DNA of 63,831 bases, the filler included, from an uncultured bacterium (lineage in GTDB: Bacteria; B130-G9), in assembly GCA_965372715.1 (NCBI GenBank). It is 3 parts of 3 records of this genome, joined end to end, with 100 filler letters (N's around TTAATTAATTAA, not from the genome) between each part and the next. Parts side by side here need not be neighbours in the genome. Positions count along the whole stretch, not along the records: positions 23,979 to 47,483 come from CBDVDH010000057.1; 2 more parts are not named here. One strand, given 5' to 3'. Numbering within the stretch: the stretch's first letter is position 1; each line of letters opens with the position of its first letter. Position numbers and translations under genes: made by a program. Positions 30,414 to 39,569 of the stretch are shown in pieces. The notes beneath the pieces are model-generated. The model saw only the letters and a program-made list of their open reading frames with translations, did not search any database and was not told the origin of the DNA.

Positions 30414-31661
30414 ATGCTTTCGATGGATATCGTCAAGGGTGTCGATTTTGACATCTATGAAGCTATAACCAATGAGGAGCGTCGCCAGCTGGAGAAGCTG
30501 GAGCTTATCGCGTCCGAGAACTTCGTGTCCGAGGCGGTGCGTCAGGCGCAGGCGTGTGTTATGACGCACAAATACGCCGAGGGCATCCCTGGTAAGAGGT
30601 ATTACGGGGGTTGCGAGTTTGTCGATGTCGCGGAACGACTCGCGAGGTCACGAGCAATGAAGCTCTTTGGCGCCGACTATGCGAACGTCCAGCCGCACTC
30701 CGGCGCGCAGGCAAACATGGCGGTCTATATGGCCGTGATGGAGCCTGGGGACACGATGCTCGGGCTCTCGCTGACTTGTGGCGGCCACCTGACGCACGGG
30801 AGCCCGGTCAACTTCTCTGGAAAGCTCTACAACGTTGTCCCTTACGGCGTCGATCGCAACACGGAGCAGATCGATTTCGCCGAGGTCGAGAGGCTCGCGC
30901 TGGAGCACAAGCCGAAGCTCATCGAGGTCGGCGGCAGCGCCTATCCCAGGACGCTGGATTTCGCCAAGTTCAGACAGATAGCGGACAAGGTTGGGGCCGT
31001 CGTGATGGCCGATATCGCCCATATCGCGGGCCTGGTTGTAGCAGGGGTGCACCCAAGTCCCGTTCCGCACTGCCAGTTCGTAACGACGACTACTCACAAA
31101 ACGCTTCGCGGGCCGCGTGGCGGCATTATTCTGTGCACGAAAGCGGACAGGAAGCTGACGAACAAGAGCGTATTCCCTGGGATACAGGGCGGGCCGTTGA
31201 TGCACGTCATAGCGGCAAAAGCGGTCGCGCTCAAGGAGGCGGCGACTGACAGCTACAGGGACTACATCAAGCAGGTAGTCAAGAATGCAAAGGCCCTGGC
31301 ACAGGCTCTGATCGACAGGGGCTACCGGCTCGTGTCCGGCGGGACAGACACACACCTGATGCTGATCAATGTCGGCGAGAAGAACATGACCGGCAAGGAG
31401 GCCGAGGAGTGGCTGGACCTCGCGAACATAACGTGCAACAAGAACACGGTCCCATTCGAGACGCAGAGCCCGTTTGTAACAAGCGGCATCAGGCTCGGCA
31501 CGCCAGCGCTCACGACGCGCGGGATGAAAGAGGCAGAGATGGAGAAGGTCGGCGAGTTCATCGCGGATGTGCTAGACAGCCGGGGCGACGAGGCGGTCGT
31601 TGCGCGAGTCGGCAAACGGGTCAAGGAGCTGACGTCGGGCTTCCCGCTTTACGCATACTGA
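30414..31661 (+). CDS. glyA: Serine hydroxymethyltransferase
   Basis: [40 protein letters not shown]. Confidence 0.98.
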   Translation: MLSMDIVKGVDFDIYEAITNEERRQLEKLELIASENFVSEAVRQAQACVMTHKYAEGIPGKRYYGGCEFVDVAERLARSRAMKLFGADYANVQPHSGAQANMAVYMAVMEPGDTMLGLSLTCGGHLTHGSPVNFSGKLYNVVPYGVDRNTEQIDFAEVERLALEHKPKLIEVGGSAYPRTLDFAKFRQIADKVGAVVMADIAHIAGLVVAGVHPSPVPHCQFVTTTTHKTLRGPRGGIILCTKADRKLTNKSVFPGIQGGPLMHVIAAKAVALKEAATDSYRDYIKQVVKNAKALAQALIDRGYRLVSGGTDTHLMLINVGEKNMTGKEAEEWLDLANITCNKNTVPFETQSPFVTSGIRLGTPALTTRGMKEAEMEKVGEFIADVLDSRGDEAVVARVGKRVKELTSGFPLYAY

Positions 31662-31728
31662 TCTCACCGTCGGTGAACTGAAGGCTGTTCGCAGGACCAG
31701 CCTATCGAAGAAGTCGATGCAGGATGTT

Positions 31729-31802
31729 GTAGGGGCGGCTCACGAGCCGCCCTTGACATGTACCCGGACATCAGACGAGGGCGGCTCGTGAGCCGCCCCT
31801 AC
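31729..31802. repeat. GTAG-type REP doublet
   Basis: GTAGGGGCGGCTCACGAGCCGCCC ... GGGCGGCTCGTGAGCCGCCCCTAC between convergent genes. Confidence 0.85.
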
Positions 31803-31859
31803 ACGATGGGAATGCCCTTACACACGCAGTCGAATTGTCGAGGCCAATGCAGCGCCGTA

Positions 31860-32909
31860 TCAGACCACATATATCGGATTGGAGAATATCCAGGGCCTGT
31901 TTTTGAGGCGCGCCTCGACCCGGAAGACGCCACAGCGGTTTATTCTCTTGCACAGGGATTCGCCGTGCGCGGTAGATACGAGCTTCCCATCGTGTATGAC
32001 GCGGACCTCTGCCTCAATTGGCAAGACCGCGAAAAGCTCCGTTTCGTGCCCCAGCGGGCATTGATCGCCCATCTGATACGTTGAGCCTTCTGACTTGACG
32101 TAGAACTTGAAGCCTGTAGAGTCGGCGACCTTATCGTTGGCGAAGAAGCAGCTGCCATGCCGAAGCGCCTCAATGACAGTCTGCTCGTCCATCATACTGG
32201 CCCGAGCGAATGGCGCCGGCGTCAAGATATGCGTCCGGACTGTTCCCAACAGGTATTTGTATGAGCAGGCTGGAAACATCCCCAGGACGCGCGGCTTGGC
32301 GTGCGCATCGAGCGTCCCTATGCCCACAACCTTGCGGGTCATGTTCAACTCGTCCCACATCTTCAGGGTCCGGGCATTCGGGCCGGTGACGAACCAATTC
32401 GGTGCGATGACGTGGGCGAAGATGTTGAAGGCGTTGACGCACTTGACCCAGTCATACATGTATTGCCAGACCTCTAGCCCATCGAAGCCGTTGACGCCAA
32501 GGTCGTTCCAGGGATAGACGGTTACGTCTAACTTGAGCAGCTTGTCGAGCCAGGCCCAGCCCGGCGACGGCCGATGGTAACAGAACGGATGAGCGATGAA
32601 GCCCACTCCGCCCTGCGCCGCGACCGCGTCAATGTTTTTCTGCGCGCTTCTCTCGTCCGGCGGGACCTCTTTCTCGATTCCTATCGCCGTGTAATGGTTA
32701 TATCGAGGCGAAATCTCCTCGCCGATGATCACTAGGATGCCGTCGCGCCAGCCCGAACTGCCCTCGTTGCGAATCCCCATGTTGTTGTGATCGGCAATCA
32801 CAATGAAGTCGGCCCCGGCGCGCCTCGCGGCCTTGATTATCCTTCGCAGCGAGCCAGAGCCGTCGGAATGACGCGAGTGAATATGTATTGCGCCGGTATA
32901 TTCAAACAT
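31860..32909 (-). CDS. PHP-family (CehA/McbA-like) metallohydrolase
   Basis: HIHSRHSDG, ADHN, GEE, AHP, DAH. Confidence 0.85.
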   Translation of the reverse strand: MFEYTGAIHIHSRHSDGSGSLRRIIKAARRAGADFIVIADHNNMGIRNEGSSGWRDGILVIIGEEISPRYNHYTAIGIEKEVPPDERSAQKNIDAVAAQGGVGFIAHPFCYHRPSPGWAWLDKLLKLDVTVYPWNDLGVNGFDGLEVWQYMYDWVKCVNAFNIFAHVIAPNWFVTGPNARTLKMWDELNMTRKVVGIGTLDAHAKPRVLGMFPACSYKYLLGTVRTHILTPAPFARASMMDEQTVIEALRHGSCFFANDKVADSTGFKFYVKSEGSTYQMGDQCPLGHETELFAVLPIEAEVRVIHDGKLVSTAHGESLCKRINRCGVFRVEARLKNRPWIFSNPIYVV

Positions 32910-33057
32910 CCGTCAGTTAAGCGGTGCTCGAGGCGTTGTCATTTCTGGTCCAACTGCTTATCCGCGCGACACGTGCATTGAATCCTAGATAACTCAGGAG
33001 TCTTAGAGAAACGGAGGCGCCCGATACGTCATTCCCGTGATGCGTGTTGGATAATCC

Positions 33058-33201
33058 ATGACCACTCCTCCCGAAAACTCGCCCCCTGCGCTGGCAATTG
33101 CCGCTGACCGCGGCCGACATCGTTGGCGGGGAGCCCCAATTTGCGCGTCGGCGGTGTCGGATTCTGGGTCTTTCTGGGGCAAGAGGAGGGCGTGTGGTCG
33201 T
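33058..33201 (+). ncRNA. Candidate structured RNA (long irregular hairpin)
   Basis: Nested pairings, including the 15-bp helix 33114-33128/33146-33160 with four G-U pairs on the plus strand. Confidence 0.3.
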
Positions 33202-33326
33202 CATTTGCGCAATTTACCAGAAATCATCATAGGTGGCACAGAATCTGCCTATATAACGTGTGCGGCCGGCGCGAAAAATAACAATGCTGAGCGGCATGGG
33301 CGCTTGGTCGCAGATATGTAAGGGAA

Positions 33327-33360
33327 GGAGCGTCGCACAAGTGGTTGTGCGAGGCGCTCC
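33327..33360 (-). terminator. Hairpin downstream of the P5C dehydrogenase gene
   Basis: GGAGCG-TCGCACAA-gtgg-TTGTGCGA-gg-CGCTCC, 16 nt past the stop; U-tract is weak. Confidence 0.5.
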
Positions 33361-33376
33361 CTCCTATTCTATGTCG

Positions 33377-34930
33377 TTATTTGATCTTCTCGGAGGTGCA
33401 CTTGGCCTGTGTGAACAGCATGAAATAGTCCTGCCCACCAGCCTTTGAGTCGGTCCCTGACATATTGAAGCCGCCGAACGGGTGGCCGCCAACCAGGGCG
33501 CCAGTGCATTTGCGGTTGAGGTAGAGATTGCCGACGTGGAACTCGCGCCGCGCACGCTCAAGGTTCCCTCTCGACGACGAATAGACCGCGCCGGTCAGGC
33601 CATAGATCGTGTTGTTGGCTATCTTGAGCGCCTCGGTGTAATCCTTCGCCGTTAGAACCGCGAGCACGGGACCGAATATCTCCTCCTGCGAGATGGTGTC
33701 GTCCGGCTTCACGCCGTCAAACACAGTCGGCTTGATGAAGTAGCCGGGACCGGGCGCCTTCTCGCCACCGCAGAGCAGCTTTGCGCCATCCTTCTTTGCT
33801 GCCTCGATGTAGTGGAAGACCGTGTCGTAGGCGGCCTTGTTGATGACCGGGCCCATATAGTTGGTTGGGTCAACGGGGTCCCCAATCTTGATGGCCTCGA
33901 CCTTTGGGATCAACTTCTTGACGAACTCATCGTGAATCGATTCCAGCAGAATGACCCTGGAGCAGGCGGAACATTTCTGGCCTTGGTAGCCAAATGCCGC
34001 GGCCAGGACGCCATCTGTCGCCTCATCAAGGTCGTAGTTATCGTCAACGATAATTGTATCCTTGCCACCCATCTCGAGTATCACTCGCTTGATCCATATC
34101 TGCCCCTTCGCCAGCTTGGCGGCCTCGGCATTAATCTGAAGGCCCACCTCCATCGAACCCGTGAACGCGATGAAGCGGCACCTCGGGTGCTTGACCAGCT
34201 CGAAACCGAACGTCGCGCCGCTGCCGGGCACGAAATTAACGACGCCCGGCGGAAGGCCGATCTCCTGAAGCAGCTCAAAGAACTTCGCCGCAACGAGAGG
34301 AGCGTCGCTCGATGGCTTCATGACGACCGTGTTGCCGAATATCCACGCTGCTGACGTCATCCCGGCCATGATCGCGTTCGGGAAGTTCCAGGGCGGAATC
34401 ACGACGCCAACACCGAGAGGGATGTAGCGAACCTCGTTGTCCTCGCCCAGCACCTCTGTTACTGGGTTCGTCTTGGAATAGCGAATCGCCTCCCGACCGT
34501 AAAACTCCAAGAAATCTATCGCCTCGGCCGTATCAGCGTCCGCCTCGAGCCAGTTCTTCCCTTCCTCAAGCACCATCGCCGCGTTGAACTCGAACCGGCG
34601 ATTGCGCATCAGCTCCGCCGCCTTGAAGGCGTAATCCGCCCGCTTGTCCGCCGAAACGTATTTCCAGGACGAGAAGGCCGCCTCGGCCGCCTGTATGGCC
34701 TTGTCTGCAAGATCAGGGCCGGCCTTTTGGAAGATGGCCAAGACCTCGTCCTTCTTGGCTGGATTATAGCTCTTGAGCTTCGCATCGAGCCGAATCCGCT
34801 CCCGCCCGATCACGCTGTCGAACTCCTTGCCGGCCTCCGACTGCAACTTCGCAATCGCGTCCTGCATCTTCTTCTTGTTCTCCGGCAGGGAGAAATCCAA
34901 GTAAGGTTCATTCTTGAACTCGTGTATCAT
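33377..34930 (-). CDS. pruA: L-glutamate gamma-semialdehyde (P5C) dehydrogenase
   Basis: FKNEP, EAIDFLEFY, PPWNFP, FTGS, EMGGK, GQKCSACSR, GNLYLNRKCTGA, SGTDSKAGG. Confidence 0.93.
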   Translation of the reverse strand: MIHEFKNEPYLDFSLPENKKKMQDAIAKLQSEAGKEFDSVIGRERIRLDAKLKSYNPAKKDEVLAIFQKAGPDLADKAIQAAEAAFSSWKYVSADKRADYAFKAAELMRNRRFEFNAAMVLEEGKNWLEADADTAEAIDFLEFYGREAIRYSKTNPVTEVLGEDNEVRYIPLGVGVVIPPWNFPNAIMAGMTSAAWIFGNTVVMKPSSDAPLVAAKFFELLQEIGLPPGVVNFVPGSGATFGFELVKHPRCRFIAFTGSMEVGLQINAEAAKLAKGQIWIKRVILEMGGKDTIIVDDNYDLDEATDGVLAAAFGYQGQKCSACSRVILLESIHDEFVKKLIPKVEAIKIGDPVDPTNYMGPVINKAAYDTVFHYIEAAKKDGAKLLCGGEKAPGPGYFIKPTVFDGVKPDDTISQEEIFGPVLAVLTAKDYTEALKIANNTIYGLTGAVYSSSRGNLERARREFHVGNLYLNRKCTGALVGGHPFGGFNMSGTDSKAGGQDYFMLFTQAKCTSEKIK

Positions 34931-35029
34931 CTCACTCCTCCGAATTATAGGTTACTCATTAGAATCTGCCCACACGGTTATACCTTCTTGAGCCTCAAGT
35001 CCGCAAGAGCATTGTCATGGGGAACTTGG

Positions 35030-35236
35030 TCATACGGCAACCACAAGAACATCGAAGCGCTCCTCTGGGACGGGGAGATTGTCCTCCTCAAGAACAGCAA
35101 TATAGCCCTCAATCGCCTCTTTGATGTTATGGATGGCCTCCTCCCTCGTCTTGCCCTGACTGACACAGCCCGGCAAGCTCGGGCATTCCACAACGAAATA
35201 CCCGTCCTCTCCAGAATAGATTACTACCTGTCGCAT
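35030..35236 (-). CDS. HicB-family antitoxin
   Basis: VVECPSLPGCVSQGKTREEAIHNIKEAI. Confidence 0.88.
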   Translation of the reverse strand: MRQVVIYSGEDGYFVVECPSLPGCVSQGKTREEAIHNIKEAIEGYIAVLEEDNLPVPEERFDVLVVAV

Positions 35237-35307
35237 GTCATCACCTAACATCCTCGAAAGAGCCCTCGACACACATGCTGACACGACTGAAGACGACCAA
35301 CCTCGGC

Positions 35308-35712
35308 CTAGCCGCTATTCGCCTGTCCGGATTGTCTCAAGTACACTTCTACTGTTTCAATAAACTCCTTGGAGTCTCGAATCAAGGCTTGCGCCTTCTG
35401 CTTACTTATTAGGCCTGGGGCGCCGTAGTCCCCGATCTCTCTGAGGTCGGAAGCATCCAATATGTGTTGATGAAGCCTCTTCGGAACTAATCCGGGTTTC
35501 ACGAACTCCCTCCCGAACGCACCTATGACAGCAGAATGCTTTGAAAACGCCAGGTCCTTGGTAAGCAGGATGGCCTCAGTCGCATAGAACATGCTGTAGT
35601 AAGACCTGCTTGCCGAGAAGTCGAAGATGCCGTCATCGAACAGCAGCTGCGCGGCCCTGAGGCTTGTCCGAGCCTTTTCCATCAGATCCGGAAGCTCCTT
35701 CGGCTCTCTCAT
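35308..35712 (-). CDS. HEPN domain protein
   Basis: SRSYYSMFYA, KHSAVIGAFG, LREIGDY; overlaps the MNT stop. Confidence 0.88.
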   Translation of the reverse strand: MREPKELPDLMEKARTSLRAAQLLFDDGIFDFSASRSYYSMFYATEAILLTKDLAFSKHSAVIGAFGREFVKPGLVPKRLHQHILDASDLREIGDYGAPGLISKQKAQALIRDSKEFIETVEVYLRQSGQANSG

Positions 35713-36083
35713 ATCGCGATACCCTCGCGCCTCGCACAAATGAACAAGGGGACCTTTAGCGCGCTGAACTGAGCCGCATCCACGGGCACCGTTGAGATGA
35801 CGACGTCATATTCGAGATCAATCTCGTGAATCTCCTTAGAATACTCATCAAGCTCCGAAACCGGGTCTTGCACACCGTCCAATAGGATAAGAAGATCAAT
35901 GTCCGACCCATCTGTCGCCTCGCCACGAGCCCACGACCCATAAAGGACTATTCCTCGCAACCTATCCCCATAGATGGCCTCAAGCTTCGCCTTCACCTCT
36001 CGCAGAATGGGCCTTATGGCCTCCGGGATCGCGCTCGCCACGACGTTCTCCTGATTCATCAATCTTGCTGCATCCTTGCTCAT
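35709..36083 (-). CDS. Minimal nucleotidyltransferase
   Basis: LYGSWARG...SDIDL. Confidence 0.9.
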   Translation of the reverse strand: MSKDAARLMNQENVVASAIPEAIRPILREVKAKLEAIYGDRLRGIVLYGSWARGEATDGSDIDLLILLDGVQDPVSELDEYSKEIHEIDLEYDVVISTVPVDAAQFSALKVPLFICARREGIAI

Positions 36084-36090
36084 ACTGACT

Positions 36091-36120
36091 ATAATAGGCC
36101 AACTTTGACATCTGTCAAAG
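36091..36120. promoter_or_regulatory. Divergent promoter region with palindrome CTTTGACA-TC-TGTCAAAG
   Basis: Back-to-back TTGACA; on the minus strand TTGACA-N16-TATTAT just upstream of the MNT ATG. Confidence 0.5.
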
Positions 36121-36148
36121 ACAGCATCAGGTCAAATGATGGAGAGCA

Positions 36149-38539
36149 ATGCCAACTCGCGCAGCTGGAGACAGAACTAAGCATAGCCGGCTCGAGGTGT
36201 TCCTCTGGTTCAGCTTGGGGTTCTGCGCGCTGGTCTCGCAGGTGGTATTTCAGCGGGAGTGCATCAACGTGTTCTCAGGCAACGAGCTCTCGATAGGTCT
36301 CGTGCTGTTCGTGTGGCTGCTGTTCGGCGGCATCGGCAGCTTCACGATGGGCAAGGCGACGAACCGGCTCGGCGAGCGCGGCACGTTGAGGCTGAGGTTC
36401 TGGTTTCTCGTCGGGTTGAGCGTGTTTCTGCCGGGCACGCTGATTGCCATAAGGTTCGCCAGGCCAATCCTGGGCATAGGGCCTGGGGAGATGGCCGGCC
36501 TTGCGCCGATCCTCGCCGCCACGTTCGTATGCCTCGCCCCGGTGTCGTTCGCTCAGGGCGGGCTCTTCGCTGTCTATTGCAGCATGCGCACGTCCCCGGA
36601 AGCTCCTGAAGCGTCGCGAAGCTCTGGCTCATCAATGGGCGCGGCGACCGATAGCAGGTCGAAAAGGGCAAGCGCCGTCTATTCCGTCGAGGCAGCGGGC
36701 GCCGTCTGCGGGGGAATAGTGCTTCACTTCCTTTTGACAGGGCGCGTTTTGCCGTTTGCCACGCTGCTTTTGCTGTCCGGCATCATATTGGTGGGCGCGT
36801 GCTGGCAAAAGAGACGGGCCGAGCGCTGGCTTCACGGGGCCATCTGCGTTCCGTTGCTCGTCGGCGTTGCTGTCTCGCTGATTCTCTCATCCAGCATCGA
36901 GCTCTTTTTAACTGGACTAGCGTTCGGTGAGACCAAGGTTACCCATGTCCGGGAGACCAAATATGGGCGCCTCGTGCTGACGACGCGGTTTGAGCAGAAG
37001 TCGCTCTTCGAGAATGGTCTGCTTCTCTACTCATACCCGGACCGGCTCGCGGCGGAGGAGGCGGTTCACATCCCCATGTTGGTCCACGAGCGCCCGAGGT
37101 CCGTCCTGCTTCTGGGCGGGGGCTGCGGCGGACCGTTGCGGGAGTTGCTGAAGCACGGGCCCGAGAGAATCGATTACGTCGAGCTAGATGAGGCGCTCAT
37201 CAAGGTCTCTGAGAACTTCCTGCCACCAGACGAAGCCGAGGCGCTGCGTCACCCGTCCGTCGAGATACACTACTCCGACGCCAGAAGGTTCGTGGCGCAG
37301 TCCCGCTCGCGCTATGACGTGGTGATTCTGAATCTGCCGAGGCCGACCAACGCTCAGCTGAATCGTTTCTTTACGCAGGAGTTCTTTTCGCTCGTCAAGA
37401 AACGACTCGCGCCTGAAGGTGTCCTCGCTGTGCAGGTTCCCTCGTCGGAGAGCTATCTTTCCGATGAGCTCAAGACGTTCTTATGCAGCATTCACAATAC
37501 GCTCAAGCTGGTCTTTCCCACGGTAGCTCTGACGCCGGGCGAGACCGCTCACCTTCTGGCCGCCGACAGGCCATCGCTTGTTCAGCCGACGCAGCCGCTT
37601 CGGCGAAGTCTGCCGCTCAGCGCTGATGTACTGCTTGCCAGACTCGCGGACAGAGGGATAGAGACGACCTTTGTAACCGACTGGAGCATTCCCGCGAGGT
37701 TCGAGTTCTTTAGAATGCGGATGATTGACGAGGCGCTCAAGGGATGTGCCGATTCGGGCGCCCGCATCAACCGCGATTTCTCGCCGGTCTGCTACCACTA
37801 CGCTCTTGTTCTATGGGGCAAGGAGTTAGGCAGCTCGGTAGTCGCCGTCTATGAGTGGCTTGGGAACCGCACGAGGCCCCAGGTCTATTCGGTTGTTGTG
37901 GCCTTGTGCCTGGCCGTTCTAGCGACCCAGTTCGCCTCGAGAAAGCCACGAAAGGTCGCGACATTCGTGTCACTCGCCTCAATCGGTTTCCTTGAGGTCG
38001 GCGTCGAGATGATAATGATGATCGCCTACCAGATATTCTTCGGGAACATCTACTCGATGCTCGCGCTCCTCGTCTGTGCGTATATGGGCGGGCTGGCGGT
38101 CGGGGCGTTTGTGTCCCGAAATAAGCTGCTGGTCAGGCCGGCTCGAAGGCCGTTTTCGGGCCTGTTGCTTCTTCAGGGCGCAGCTGCCCTCTTCCCACTT
38201 CTGGCGATAGCGCTTCTTATGAGCATTCAGCAATTGGGCGGAGGCGCCCTTGTTCAGGTGCTCTTTGTCGCGGCAATTCTTGTCTCAGGCGCCGTCGGAG
38301 GCGCGCTCTATGTCTATGGCAATGCGGCCTATACCGAGCTGGCCGGTCGAGACCCCACTAAGCAGACGGCCGGAACCACCTACTTCGCAGACCTTGTCGG
38401 CTCGTCAATCGGAGCGATCGTCGTAACCTCCTTCCTGCTGCCGATTCTGGGCGTGATCGAATCGCTCGTCATCGCCTCACTCGTCGGTCTGATAGGACTT
38501 CTCGCGCTCGGCATCGCTCATAGTAGGGGCGGCTCGTAG
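36149..38539 (+). CDS. Membrane-fused spermidine synthase-like (aminopropyl/methyltransferase fold) protein
   Basis: N- and C-terminal TM bundles (FSGNELSIG, YFADLVGS); central LLGGGCGG, VELD, DAR. Confidence 0.85.
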   Translation: MPTRAAGDRTKHSRLEVFLWFSLGFCALVSQVVFQRECINVFSGNELSIGLVLFVWLLFGGIGSFTMGKATNRLGERGTLRLRFWFLVGLSVFLPGTLIAIRFARPILGIGPGEMAGLAPILAATFVCLAPVSFAQGGLFAVYCSMRTSPEAPEASRSSGSSMGAATDSRSKRASAVYSVEAAGAVCGGIVLHFLLTGRVLPFATLLLLSGIILVGACWQKRRAERWLHGAICVPLLVGVAVSLILSSSIELFLTGLAFGETKVTHVRETKYGRLVLTTRFEQKSLFENGLLLYSYPDRLAAEEAVHIPMLVHERPRSVLLLGGGCGGPLRELLKHGPERIDYVELDEALIKVSENFLPPDEAEALRHPSVEIHYSDARRFVAQSRSRYDVVILNLPRPTNAQLNRFFTQEFFSLVKKRLAPEGVLAVQVPSSESYLSDELKTFLCSIHNTLKLVFPTVALTPGETAHLLAADRPSLVQPTQPLRRSLPLSADVLLARLADRGIETTFVTDWSIPARFEFFRMRMIDEALKGCADSGARINRDFSPVCYHYALVLWGKELGSSVVAVYEWLGNRTRPQVYSVVVALCLAVLATQFASRKPRKVATFVSLASIGFLEVGVEMIMMIAYQIFFGNIYSMLALLVCAYMGGLAVGAFVSRNKLLVRPARRPFSGLLLLQGAAALFPLLAIALLMSIQQLGGGALVQVLFVAAILVSGAVGGALYVYGNAAYTELAGRDPTKQTAGTTYFADLVGSSIGAIVVTSFLLPILGVIESLVIASLVGLIGLLALGIAHSRGGS

Positions 38540-38686
38540 GGGCGGTGTCTCTGACCCGCCCGCCTACATCAATCCCTGCGGATACGAGGCGTGTTATGCG
38601 ACCATCAATTCGAACGGGCGGGTCAAAGACCACGCCCCTACATGCTTGCAACGACTTATGTCCCAGCCTCTGTGAGCCGCCCCTAC
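38523..38686. repeat. Nested GTAG-type REPs with a lone MITE end (TTATGTCCCAGCCTC, 38656-38670)
   Basis: Several GTAGGGGCG/CGCCCCTAC arms. Confidence 0.7.
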
Positions 38687-38701
38687 TGACCTCGTTACCC
38701 T

Positions 38702-39154
38702 TCAAAGCGCGGGCTGCAGCCAGTTGAGGACGTGCTTCTCGAAGGCGAGTATGCTTGCCAAGTCGTGCCTGATCGCTTTGAAAACAGTGAGGACGTCGAG
38801 TTCGGGGTCGAGGTTGACCAGCTGATTGCGTATCGAGGCGAGGTTTTGCAGTTTCTCTGCGAGCTCTTTAGGGATCACGTTTTTCGAGGCGAGTATGTCG
38901 AAGATAGCGCGGTAGCTTTCCGGCTTCTCAAAGCCGTGGGTAGTGATGATATGGATGCCGAGGTTTATGCAGCCGCCGACCGACCTCTGAAGTAGAAAAC
39001 AACCGGCGCTGAAGGCCAACTCGTCCTGCACGAACGTGTCCAAGCCAGCCTCAGATATCCTCAACAGAAGTGCGTTGTTCTTGTCGATCTGCCTTATGTA
39101 GTATTCGATCCTGTCCGCAGCCTCGGCCCGGTTCCCATTAAACATCCGTTCCAT
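38702..39154 (-). CDS. HepT/DUF86-like HEPN protein with degenerate active site
   Basis: LQRSVGGCINLGIHII..KPESYRAIFDIL..IPKELA; RNQLVNLD in place of RNxxxHxY. Confidence 0.75.
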   Translation of the reverse strand: MERMFNGNRAEAADRIEYYIRQIDKNNALLLRISEAGLDTFVQDELAFSAGCFLLQRSVGGCINLGIHIITTHGFEKPESYRAIFDILASKNVIPKELAEKLQNLASIRNQLVNLDPELDVLTVFKAIRHDLASILAFEKHVLNWLQPAL

Positions 39155-39545
39155 CTTGCCTCACCAACTCTTCAATCGCCTGAACGTCCAGATAGTCCAT
39201 TATCGCCACTTCTTCGAAGGCTGCTCTCTCCGTCAATGAAGAACAGTATATCCCCCTTGAACGCTGAACTACGTTGTACCGAGTAAATGGGGAGGCATCG
39301 TTAAGCACAATGACGTCAAGCTCCTGCGTGCCCACGATCGACGAGAGGTCGAGAACCACCTTAGACCTGAGCTCAGGGTAGCCATCTTGAGGAAGCTCCT
39401 GACCTGCAAGTATCGCAAGCGTGGGGCGGGCGCCTGAAACGCTGCGTCCAGTCATGGCATCCTTTGGCATGAAATATCCTGCCACAACCTTCGGGACGTT
39501 TCTGAGAACGCCGGTCATGGCCCTCAATCCGCCTTCGCTCATCAT
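39138..39545 (-). CDS. MntA-like nucleotidyltransferase-fold protein with degenerate active site
   Basis: LDVIVLNDASPFTRYNVV..GIY..R..FE...MDYLD matches MntA; GS and DxD are absent. Confidence 0.7.
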   Translation of the reverse strand: MMSEGGLRAMTGVLRNVPKVVAGYFMPKDAMTGRSVSGARPTLAILAGQELPQDGYPELRSKVVLDLSSIVGTQELDVIVLNDASPFTRYNVVQRSRGIYCSSLTERAAFEEVAIMDYLDVQAIEELVRQDGTDV

Positions 39546-39569
39546 CCCTTTCCATCACCTCTCATGGGT

